27,250 nucleotides of DNA from Octopus sinensis (Eukaryota): the NCBI RefSeq assembly GCF_006345805.1, contig NW_021834062.1, positions 1-27,250 on the forward strand, given 5' to 3'. The translations under genes were made by a program, and so were the position numbers. The notes below the pieces were generated by a model. It made no database searches. It was given only the letters and a program-made list of their open reading frames with translations, and had not been told where the DNA came from. Positions 1 to 9,836 of the stretch are shown here, piece by piece (the stretch's first letter is position 1; every line of letters starts with the position of its first letter).

Positions 1-120
1 TGTGCGGAAAGCGAGCCCGTGAGACCCCTAACAGCAGGCTGCTGCTGTCCGTTCTCACGGAATCAACCAGATCAAACAGGATCGAGCGTTCTGAGATGTA
101 AAAGCAATAATGATGATAAT

Positions 121-265
121 TCTTTCTGCTATAGACACAAGGCCGGACGTTTTGAGGGTGGGGACAAGTCGATTACATCGACCCCAGTGTTCAACTGGTA
201 CGTATTTTATCGAGCCAGAAAGGGATGAAAGGCTAAGTCGACCTCGGTGGAAATTGAACTCACAA
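121..265 (-). mobile_element. tRNA-derived SINE, family A (Meta/MESC-like core), 5'-truncated
   Basis: Reverse complement carries the family A core (gagttcaatttccaccgaggtcgact...ctttcatccc...cgataaaatacgtaccagt...ctggggtcgatgtaatcgact) and tail ggccttgtgtctatagcagaaaga, matching copies at 12442, 18576 and 22748. Confidence 0.85.
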
Positions 266-545
266 TGTGTAGGCATATATATATACTGGTGTGTGTGTAT
301 GTATGTACGTACGTACATACATAAATGTATATGTATATTAATGATTATATGTGTGTGTGTATGTATATATATATATATGTATATATGTATATACTCAAGC
401 AGATTTACATATAAAAACACATTCATACATATGCAGTTATATACCTGTATGAATGTATGTATGTATAAATACATATATTTATATATACACACATGCATGT
501 TATATGCATATAAAAATATAACATATGCAATAAAACTTAGATGTA
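266..545. repeat. Degenerate (TA)n/(TG)n/(TATG)n microsatellite field
   Basis: Directly visible alternating purine-pyrimidine repeats. Confidence 0.9.
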
Positions 546-552
546 AATGTGT

Positions 553-1257
553 GTCCACACAGCGTCACGACAACTTGGATTGCTTGAGGCCCCTCTTATC
601 CAACTGGAAGCCGCCTCCAGGCCAGTTCAGAAGCCTGACTGCAATGAGTTGGTCGACCGATTCAATTTCAAAAAAGACCCCTCCAAGATCACCCGGGCTG
701 AATCGATCGCCCTTCGCAATGTCCGTCGCCCCAATGACATCGTCAGCAAGCCGGTAGATAAAGGTGGAGCAGTGGTGGTGTGGAACGCGGACATATACAG
801 GGCGGAAGCACTCAGTCAGCTTCGAAATCCCCTCTTCTATCGCCTCCCTCCCTCCGAACACACCTCCTTCTTCCAGCAGCACGTGTCCCCTACCATCTAT
901 GACCTCATCCCCTGTTCTACCCTCCCCCTACCGCTACCAACTTCATCATTCGAACACCTCGTACCTCCACCATCTATTTCCTTCTCAAAATACATAAACC
1001 ACAAAAGCCTGACCGCCCCACTGCTTCCGCCTGCAATTGCCCCTCAGAACTCATCTCTAAATACCTTGATCGCATTCTGCTCCCTTTAGTTGCTGCCTTC
1101 CCATCACATATATACAAGACACCAATCACGCCCTTCGCCTTTTGAATTCCTTCTCCTTCCCTACTGGCCCATCATACCTCCTCTTCACCTTGGACGTCAA
1201 ACCCCTATACACGGTGATACCCAACAACCACGGCTTCTTAACCCTCTAATACTTCCA
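553..1257 (+). pseudogene. Penelope-like element (PLE) reverse transcriptase, N-terminal fragment with frameshifts
   Basis: Frame 1: ESIALRNVRRPNDIVSKPVDKGGAVVVWNADIYRAEALSQLRNPLFY (PLE IKPADKGxAVV motif). After frameshifts: TIYFLLKIHKPQKPDRPTASACNCPSELISKYLDRILLPLV (FYxLPKIHK..RPIVS motif), then DTNHALRLLNSFSF..LLFTLDVKPLYTVIP (DVxSLYT motif). Both ends abut TA-rich microsatellite. Confidence 0.9.
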
Positions 1258-1263
1258 CGATCG

Positions 1264-1325
<62 letters not shown>
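1264..1325. repeat. (TA)n microsatellite
   Basis: Pure TA tract; others at about 1529-1570, 1801-1830, 8060-8130, 10806-10845, 16460-16528, 21570-21750, 21947-22100 and 26990-27040. Confidence 0.95.
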
Positions 1326-1326
<1 letters not shown>

Positions 1327-1525
1327 GGAGTAAACACATAAAGTGTGAAACAAGGTGGAAAAAAGAGTACTCAAATACAGTGGTAGTAATATGCTTTATT
1401 AAAATAGCAGAAAAATTCAACAAAACCTCTTACTCTGAGTTTCCGTTGCCGTTCATCGGACAGTTTTTTGCAACGGGAAACTCAGAGTAACAGGTTTTGT
1501 TGAATTTTCTGCTGCTTTAAATAAA

Positions 1526-1530
<5 letters not shown>
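1327..1530 (-). mobile_element. Fold-back PLE pseudo-LTR-like fragment between (TA)n tracts
   Basis: Inverted arms of about 60 bp at 1390-1449 and 1470-1530. The minus-strand copy carries a hammerhead-like motif followed by AATAAA and extends to 1327. Confidence 0.65.
1427..1463 (-). ncRNA. Minimal type I hammerhead-ribozyme-like motif (core CCGAUGA)
   Basis: Minus strand reads CTGT-CCGATGA-A-CG(GCAA)CG-GAAAC-TCAGA-GTA-AGAG. Stem III (ACTC-A-GAGT) is palindromic. The inverted copy preserves the stem I partner ACAG at 1490-1493. Confidence 0.6.
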
Positions 1531-1573
<43 letters not shown>

Positions 1574-1650
1574 GATCGCGATGTTGATTCGTTAGTTACT
1601 GCACGCATTTTTTTCTCTCCTTCTTTCTGTGTTTTTTTTCTCTCTGTGTA

Positions 1651-1688
1651 TCTTTCTGTTGAAGAGCGTAGGCTCGAAACGTTAAAGA
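1651..1688 (+). ncRNA. Minimal type I hammerhead-ribozyme-like motif (core CUGUUGA) within a pLTR-like fragment (about 1572-1790)
   Basis: TCTTT-CTGTTGA-A-GAGC(GTAG)GCTC-GAAAC-GTT-AAAGA: 5-bp stem I, 4-bp stem II and palindromic AACGTT stem III. Confidence 0.65.
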
Positions 1689-1797
1689 CTGTTTTATTTA
1701 TATTTCCTGAGCGCCATACTAATACAATTGTTTGTTTGGTTTCCACCTGCCTTCGTCTTTTGTCTATTTTCATAAAGCTTCCCGTTATATATTATAA

Positions 1798-1835
<38 letters not shown>

Positions 1836-2108
1836 TACACACATACATAAATATATGTATATATGTTTATACGTGCATAAATGTATGTATCAGTTATATA
1901 TATACATGCTCTTGTTTTTGTATGTGTGTTTTTGTCCATGTGTTGTTTATGTTATTTTAAGTTGGAGGTATTTTGAGAAATTAAAGTCTAACTCGATTGA
2001 AACAGATGTTATTTGCTTTCGATGACGTTGTTGTCGTTTTTACTCAACCGGGTTCCAGCGAATCGCAATATTACACCATATTAACATCTGCTTTGTTCAC
2101 ACACTCTC

Positions 2109-2168
2109 ATCTATAAAGAAACATACACCTGCTTAAGATAAATATATACACACACACTTACATGCACT

Positions 2169-2199
<31 letters not shown>

Positions 2200-2410
2200 A
2201 CACACACACACACTCACACGCACACACACACACGCGCACACACACTATTAGATAGACCCACACATATATAGATATATCTCCTTATCTCTGTGTTTCTCTC
2301 TCTATCTCTCTCTCTGTATGTACATACACGCATATACATGTATATGCATACACACACACACATATATATATATACATCATATACGCGTACACTTACATGT
2401 GTATACATAT
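2109..2410. repeat. (CA)n/(TC)n/(TA)n compound microsatellite
   Basis: Directly visible. Confidence 0.85.
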
Positions 2411-2411
2411 A

Positions 2412-3485
2412 CGCTGCGTTTCAAATTATTAAAGACGTAACAGTTTTTAAAATTTTAAAATCTCGTCTTTGGAATTCAATGAAATTTCCACAGCTTGATG
2501 GCAACAGTTATATGCGCGTGGAGTGGAAGAAATGTGAGGTTTTGCGCAACTGTAAACAAACTGTGGTCGTTTGCATGATTCCCACAAACGTTCAGCGTTC
2601 CAAATTATTAATTAATTAATGGTCTGATAATCATGTAATTATGGGTCGTAAATGTGATTGAACAGCTTCAGAGAAATCTGCTCGTACTTCTGGATTTGCA
2701 AAAGATAAATCAACATTAGAATATTTAAAATTATTGGGAAATATCATCAAACCGAAAAATAAATGTTACAACTCCTACGAACATACGTAAGAGAGCCAAC
2801 AAGGGTCTGTTGAGAGCTGTTTTTCAACGTTGTCTGTTACGAATTAAGCGTGAATGTGTAAAAAAGCCTGAATTTACAAGTGGAGAACTTCTCAAAGTGC
2901 ACTGGCGAAGCAACTGTGTCCAGAACTACCCGATGTCGTCTTGTGAAAAAGGTAGGTAAGCCAGTGACATCAGTTAAATGGCTTCCTTTATACAAAATGC
3001 ACATTCAAAATCATCTGAAATGAGCAGAAGATAACACGAAAGTCGTCTTTTCAAAAGTTTTGTTTACAGACGAAACACATGCCACCCTTGATGTTTGGAG
3101 CAAGGGATGGGTTGTAAATGGGTGAGATCGTCATCAATGGTTAAGATGCAAAACAAAGGGGGAAGAGGCATCACAATGTGGTCATGTATTATTAGAGGTA
3201 TTATTGTTGGTCTTTAGAAAGTGCCAAACGATGTTAAAATGACAGCAGAGTCTCACATAGACTTTCTAAGGGAGCTCCTTGAATCTTGGTTGAAAAAGCA
3301 AAGGATCACCTTCAAGACAACCATAAAATTCATGCAAGATGAGGGGTCTTTTGCACCCAGCGAAGAAAACAACACAGTATCTGCAACAATTAGGCTTCTG
3401 TGGACCTTGGAAGATGAAGTGGCCTGCCTGTGCTCCTGATTTAAGTCCAGTTCTCGGCGATCGAGTGCTATTCTATTTATTGAAG
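2412..3485 (+). mobile_element. Tc1-family DNA transposon, decayed transposase, 3' end missing
   Basis: TA followed by a left end cgctgcgtttcaaattatta. ATG at 2641: MGRKCD*TASEKS..KSTLEYLKLLG (paired-like HTH); SRTTRCR; FSKVLFTDETHATLD (first D); VPNDVKMTAESHIDFL..IKFMQD (second D); KWPACAPDLSP (SPDLNPIE region). Stops and frameshifts present. Confidence 0.92.
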
Positions 3486-3494
3486 CATTATATG

Positions 3495-3528
<34 letters not shown>

Positions 3529-3530
<2 letters not shown>

Positions 3531-3663
3531 CGCAGGATGGATATGTGGTAAGTGGCTTGTTTACAAGACACGTGGTTCGAGGTTCACAATCACTGCGTGG
3601 CACCTTGGACAGATGTCTTCTTGAGAATGGATTTGGTAGACGGAAACCGAAAGAAGCCCGTCG
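3529..3663 (+). mobile_element. tRNA-derived SINE, family B (CORE-like), 5' module with internal deletion
   Basis: ggcgcagga..tgtggtaag (A box), ggttcgaggttca (B box), gtggcaccttggacagatgtc (CORE-like), ggatttggtagacggaaac. Confidence 0.85.
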
Positions 3664-3676
3664 AATGTATATACTA

Positions 3677-3891
3677 TTTACTCTTTTACTCTTTTACTTG
3701 TTTCAGTCATTTGACTGTGGCCATGCTGGAGCACCGCCTTTAGTCGAGCAAATCGACCCCGGGACTTATTCTTTGTAAGCCCAGTACTTATTCTATCGGT
3801 CTCTTTTGCCGAACCGCTAAGTGACGGGGACGTAAACACACCCGCATCAGTTGTCAAGCAATGCTAGGGGGACAAACACAGACACACAAAC

Positions 3892-3938
<47 letters not shown>

Positions 3939-4116
3939 CTATATACATATATACGACGGGCTTCTTTAAGTTTCCGTCCACCAAATCCACTCACAAGGCA
4001 TTGGTCGGCCCGGGGCTATAGCAGAAGACACTTGCCCAAGATGCCACGCAGCGGGACTGAACCCGGAACCATGTGGTTGGTAAGCAAGCTACTTACCACA
4101 CAGCCACTCCTGCGCC
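3677..4116 (-). mobile_element. tRNA-derived SINE, family B, full length and low divergence
   Basis: Head at 4116-3952 (ggcgcaggagtggctgtgtggtaag...ggttccgggttcagtccc...cttgggcaagtg), internal (TA)(TG)n, 3' module at 3890-3700, tail (GTAAAAGA)n. Confidence 0.92.
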
Positions 4117-4189
4117 TATATATATATTTTTTTCCGACATCGACTGCACCTCTACACCATTACCACCGCCACCACCACCACCGTCATCA

Positions 4190-5030
4190 TATTTGCTATG
4201 GTATCCTGGGGAGTCTTTACTGAATCATTGAAGTACCGCAGAGATTGCATAGAAATTGTAATCTCTTAGGCTTTATATGACTGTGTTAAAACAATTTCTT
4301 TCGCATCATAAGATGATAAACTGAACACTTATTACTCTCGGTCGCCATTTTACCACCATGCGCCCATGATTTCTTTCTCAATGATCATCTGCTTTGAATG
4401 TATTCGATTAACTTTCTAGGCTCTGTTTGAAATGTTCATACATGTTCTGATGTTCCCGCTGTGTCCTCTCTTTCTCCTTAACCCACTTCTTTGAACCATT
4501 TCATAGCCTTACAGTTGTTTTCTTGTAGTAGTTTAGATTTCTTCCTGCAGCCATTTCCTCTTTGTATGCAGATCCGATGCATCTGTTTACTACCACCTCG
4601 GCCTGTTGACTTCCAAACACCATTTCTATTATTTCCTAGTGTGGTATTTTTTACCCGAGTAATCTATTCTGTTGAAGCAGTAATCATTCGAGATTCGTGA
4701 TGAATTAACACCTGAATTCTACATTCTGTAATTCTTATTTTTATTTTCTATAGTAATCTTATCAAAAACAGGTCTTCCTTTCTCTCCGTGGCACCTTACC
4801 TTCTGGCACGTATTGCACTAATCTGCTTCACTTATTTCGGTATCTGGATTAAATTTATTTGATTCCTCATATGTTAAATTCCGAGCCTGTGTCAAATTCA
4901 ATAAAGAATATTTTTTCTTACTTTGATGATTCTTTGAAAAGCTTAATACGTTCTCTAACATGCTATTAATCTTTTTAATAGCATGTAAAATCCTTCGGTC
5001 AAACCAAAGTATCATGAACTTCTAAGACAA
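4190..5030 (-). mobile_element. Highly decayed non-LTR retrotransposon region, probably R4/Dong-like post-RT segment
   Basis: Purine-rich minus strand with MLENVLSFSKNHQSKKKYSLL, resembling the post-RT segment of Dong-like elements. The other motifs are too degenerate to confirm. Confidence 0.35.
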
Positions 5031-5487
5031 TGCAATTTTGTCCCGTTCTTCTCATCTGTTCAAACTTGCCATGCTAGTGCTGCGCAGGGAAACTATGTTA
5101 ATAAGTTTTAACATGATAATTTATATTCAAATTGTTACTTTTTTGAATATTTTAAAATAATTATTTGCTGCTGTGTTTCCCATCATCCATTTAGAGGGAC
5201 ATATTCGTTACGATTTACTTCCGTTTTAAGCGCGATTTTAACTCGGACATAGAAGAATCGATTAAACATCTTCGTCAAACATCGACACGGGTTTGCGTTC
5301 GTGGCCTTGTGCCAAAGACAGAAGTCATCATTATTAATTATCATTCTGATTATTTTAGAAAGTAATTAGCATAATACTTTACATAATTATCACAAATTTG
5401 CATATATCATTCGAGATGTGGTGGAAACAATTGAGAGAACTTAATTAAAAATACTTGGAAGGTATTTTGTCAGTTTATGAAGATATA

Positions 5488-5693
5488 ACCACCACCGTCA
5501 TCATCATCGTCAACATCATCATCATCATCATCATCATAATCATCATCATCATCACCGTCATCATCATCGTCGTCATCATCATCATCATCATCATCATCAT
5601 AATCATCATCATCATCACCGTCATCATCGTCGTCGTCATCATCATCATCATCATCATCATCATAATCATCATAATCATCATCATCACCATCAT
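5488..5693. repeat. (CAT)n microsatellite with 60-63 bp higher-order period
   Basis: The variant ACCGTC recurs at 5494, 5554 and 5617, each followed by GTC and ATA variants in the same order. Confidence 0.92.
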
Positions 5694-5699
5694 CCCTAT

Positions 5700-5938
5700 T
5701 CAGGGACCTTGTAAGCGAGATGAGCTACTCGACCAGAGGAAAATTCTAACTGGGCTCGCCACCTGCAAGGTCACTTGCTGTTTATCTTGATATGAGATCA
5801 CCATGTCGCGCACATATGGTTGTGATGCATGTGCCTAGTGTGACCCTTATCAGACGGGTAGTCATGATGGGCATACTGGCCTTCGTATATTTTACCCCAG
5901 TGTCACTTTGATAGCATGCACTGCTTTCTCACTTACTC
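5700..5938 (+). mobile_element. Probable 3' UTR of a LINE/SINE ending in a (TAA)n tail
   Basis: Complex segment of higher GC that runs directly into (TAA)n; no coding motif recognised. Confidence 0.45.
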
Positions 5939-5951
5939 AATAATAATAATG

Positions 5952-6011
<60 letters not shown>

Positions 6012-6034
6012 TAATAATAATAATAATAATAATA
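5939..6034. repeat. (TAA)n microsatellite, left part; right part at 6319-6425
   Basis: Directly visible on both sides of the Dong-like fragment. Confidence 0.95.
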
Positions 6035-6318
6035 ACTAGAATGTGGAATCTGAAAACAGAAACAATTCCTATCATAGTAGGTGCATTAGGCATGATAAAA
6101 AAATATTCAGACAAATACGTAACAAAAACACCAGGACTTACAAACACATATAACATACAGAAAATTGCACTACTAGGCACTGTACACATCCTACGCAGAA
6201 CACTTTCCATACAATAACCATCAGAGCATCACAAGAAATCACAGCACATACCCAAGGCACACAGAGCTGCGCTCGGTAGTGAAGTGAAAACACGCTATAA
6301 AAAATAAAACTACTGAAT
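6035..6318 (+). mobile_element. 5'-truncated R4/Dong-type (RLE) LINE: ORF C-terminus plus 3' UTR
   Basis: Open frame TRMWNLKTETIPIIVGALGMIKKYSDKYVTKTPGLTNTYNIQKIALLGTVHILRRTLSIQ* (stop at 6215-6217). IPIxVGALG and QKxxLLGTxxILR are typical R4/Dong C-terminal motifs. Flanked by (TAA)n on both sides. Confidence 0.9.
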
Positions 6319-6319
6319 G

Positions 6320-6407
<88 letters not shown>

Positions 6408-6425
6408 TAATGCAATACTATAATA

Positions 6426-6488
6426 ATGCTCATACAACGTGTTGCCTCTCTGTAAACCCCTCTTTTTACACAGTTTCCAATGTGTCAC
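6426..6488 (-). mobile_element. Short R4/Dong-type fragment
   Basis: THWKLCKKRGLQRGNTLYEH matches the HWxLCKxxG...WYEH motif preceding the RLE domain. Confidence 0.7.
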
Positions 6489-6519
6489 TTTCGCTACTTC
6501 ATTGCATCGTCACAGCTTA

Positions 6520-6980
6520 TATTATTATTTCCTGCACTCATTGCACTACCGAGTGCAGCTTTGTGAGCCTGGGTTGTCTGCTGAGGTTTATTTGGCGGGA
6601 TTTCTGTTTTTTCTTTTTTTCGACATATTCAAGCAACCGAAAAGTGCTTCTTTCTGCAAGTTCTATAGTTTCGTCAATCTTCGGGTTCCGGTTGTGTATT
6701 TCTCTTCATATTTCTTTTACAGTACTTGAAGCTTCATAGCTTGTTCTGTTTCTGTCTGTCCCAAATGTGATTTGCTTCGTTTAATTTCTTATCAATTCTG
6801 TATGAAACTTGACATGTGATATAGAGATTTTCAATTCAAAACAATTACGATGTTGTTCTTGTTGTAGTTCGAGCTGCACTTGCTACGGTTTCCATGGTGA
6901 TTCTCCTCGTCTTCGTTCTCCAAATTTTACGCAGCTATGGAATCAGGTGCTGCTGCTCACATTTTAATCTTTCATGACAG
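6520..6980 (-). mobile_element. Older, diverged R4/Dong-type 3' end
   Basis: Minus strand has LQKEALFG and 3' UTR acccaggctcacaaagctgcactcggtagtgcaatga, homologous to acccaaggcacacagagctgcgctcggtagtgaagtga at 6250-6287, followed by aataataat. Confidence 0.7.
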
Positions 6981-7184
6981 CCAAGTGACATTTTGTTTTA
7001 AGATGAAAGGGAAAGTATTTTTAGTACAGCGAATTACTGAGCAGTAGAACGTTCGACCAAATTTCGTCAAAATCTTTAAGTTCTGTTGTCAAATTTGCAT
7101 ACGATTGTCCCAGTTTTCAAATTGATATTATAAAATAGCCCATTCCATCCAAATTCCATTTATTATGACTAAGATAGAAGCAAA

Positions 7185-7300
7185 TGAGCTTGAGTAAGCG
7201 GGAGGTCACCTTTGCTTTCCCCTTGCCGGGAGTTAATGAAATACAGAACAAACGCAGTAATTGTATCGATGTTATTGACTAACCTTCACCAAAATATTGA
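7185..7300 (+). mobile_element. Very degenerate family A SINE
   Basis: gaggtcacctttgctttcccc...tcgatgttattgact aligns with the family A core. Confidence 0.5.
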
Positions 7301-8056
7301 TGGAAATCATGATTATAACCATGATCGTCATCATCACCATTGTTATATGTATATAATGTAGTGTTATATGTATGCAGTATACGATATATATATATTAGAA
7401 ATTAAACGCCTGTTTCTAATATAACATGAAATGTGCTCATATCTGTGTGTTTGTATGTTAATGTATGCACACAGAAAAGCCTGGTTTTTGTGAATGTATT
7501 TATATATATATATACACAATTTCCTCAAAAGTTGCACTTTGAAGTTTCGATGAAGCTATTGCATGATGCACGAATACTCAACAATGAGAGCATTGCATCT
7601 TATAGCAGAAACAGTCGTAACGTAATGAAGTCCAAGATACAATTTCTTGTTCTCTTGTGATTTTGATTTCTTATTACTGCTCTGTACGCGACTGACGTTT
7701 CCTTCTGACCTATATTGAGTTCTAATACCAGGTTCCTAGTGTCACTATGCCTGACCGAAATATAAATATATTCTTCTAAACATGCACCACTTGTAGGGAG
7801 TAACAATAATAACTTCTTAAACCTATAATATAAATCTCAATTATAAAAAAATATATAGATACTTTTCTCCATTTTCTTATCTTGTATTAGTAATTTGTGG
7901 TAAATCATTTTACCTTTGCCCATATAATACAGTAAATGAATTGATTGCATCACAATCCTTAACATTTATGTATTAACTTTGTTGGGTACTTCACTAGCAG
8001 TATATTGGATATATGTTATCCCATGGAGGGTTGCATTTACAACCCCTATCTCAATT

Positions 8057-8140
<84 letters not shown>

Positions 8141-8194
8141 TATATGTGTGTGTGTATATACTGGTCTAAACTATAGTCAAAACATAGTATAATA

Positions 8195-8645
8195 TTTACG
8201 GCGGAACATGATGGAATCCAACATACTAGCTTCCGTGATAGACTGAAAGAGTTAAAACTCTTTTCTTTAGAACGTTACGCAAAGCATTGAAAGTTAGGTC
8301 GTGCCACTGCATTGTGCCAAAGTTCGCAGCATCTCCATCAAAATAGAGGACCAAATACTGCAAGAACTTGGGCTTGAAGTTCCCCCAACTCTTCAATATC
8401 CTTCCAAAATGCCTGAGAGACCTCCAAAGTGTGGCTGTAGGTGTCTTCCAAACAAAACTGGACCTCCTCCTGTCAAAGGCTCCAGATGAACCTACCTCAC
8501 GACAGGAAACACAGATGAGGGCAGCAGCATCAAAATTCCCTCATTCACCAAATGCCACATACCAGAGGATGTTTCAAACAATTGTGTGTAACACAGTCAA
8601 CGGTGGTGCCCCCAGCATGACCACCGCAACTTGGAAACAGTAACG
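8195..8645 (+). mobile_element. CR1-group LINE, ORF2 C-terminal remnant with internal deletion
   Basis: FRDRLKELKLFSLER (YxxRLxxLxLxSLExRR motif), then PQLFNILPKCLRDLQSVAVGVFQTKLDLLLSKAPDEP (WNxLP...FKxxLD motif). Confidence 0.85.
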
Positions 8646-9179
8646 CTTAAACATATATAAAGGAATAACAGAATACACACACAGACACATACACTGACGC
8701 ACACACATACAAACATACATATTCTCACACATCTATTCAAACACTCATACACACACACTCACACAGTGATATTCGTTCCTGCACTTCTGTCCTTCTTCTT
8801 CACATCTTTTTCCGTTAGTTTAAAGGGTTTTCTCGTTCGTTAATGTCGTACCGGAGATACTTGCTGCTCGGTGAGAGCAGATGCACTCGCATCTGCGGAG
8901 AGTGCACGCCGTTCTGCTGGCACCGGGGAGAGTGCACACACACACACGCACACGCACACACACACACACACGCATACACGCGTACACGCACATGCGCGCT
9001 CACGTATGTGCACCCATTGTACTACGGTGCCTTGTACGAGTTTCGTATATCTCCGTTGTTTGAGTGAAACTGGATGCAAAGTGGGCGGGGAATCACCTGG
9101 AACGGGTGGGTGGGTGGGAGTGAATAGATGAGAGAACAGGGTGGGGAGTGCGACAAGCAGCACTAAACGTGCGCACACT

Positions 9180-9714
9180 CACACAGACATACACAAACGT
9201 ATAAACACTCACACATATATATTAATACATACGCTTGAATTTATATCGACGTTTACACATATTACACATATACACACAAGAATCACCCTGTCAACTACAC
9301 ACTCTCTCACACGGTTTCAACACACGTACATGCATAAACAACGTACACCACACACCCGTGTATTGTACACAAGAATAAAACGAATGATATATAAGACTAT
9401 ATAGGTACATACATATATACACACATTCATATACACATATATATGTGTGTGTGTATGCATACACCTACATCATATATATATATATGTGTGTGTGTGTACA
9501 CATACATCATATATATATATATGTGTGTGTGTATACACCTACATCATATATATATATGTGTGTGTGTGTATACACATACATCATATATATATATATATGT
9601 ATATATATAATAAATATATATATATATATATGAATATATATATATATATATGCATATATATACATTATATGTATATATATATGTATGCATATATACATAT
9701 ATATGTATATATAA

Positions 9715-9749
<35 letters not shown>

Positions 9750-9804
9750 TATATATATATATATATGCATATATATACATATATATGTATATATATATGT
9801 ATGC

Positions 9805-9836
<32 letters not shown>

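Noticed and set aside
55-757. Long ORFs rich in Y/I/C/V/H/T, here and throughout (e.g. 9447-10056, 10903-11502, 20996-21385, 25408-25770)
   Set aside because: They are translations of stop-free (TA)n, (CA)n, (TATG)n and (TCTA)n repeats, not genes.
3952-4116. tRNA genes at SINE heads
   Set aside because: A/B-box-like motifs only; no full cloverleaf, and each continues into a SINE body.
5455-6739. Poly-I, poly-M, poly-L and poly-Y ORFs (also 13246-13818)
   Set aside because: Trinucleotide microsatellite artefacts.
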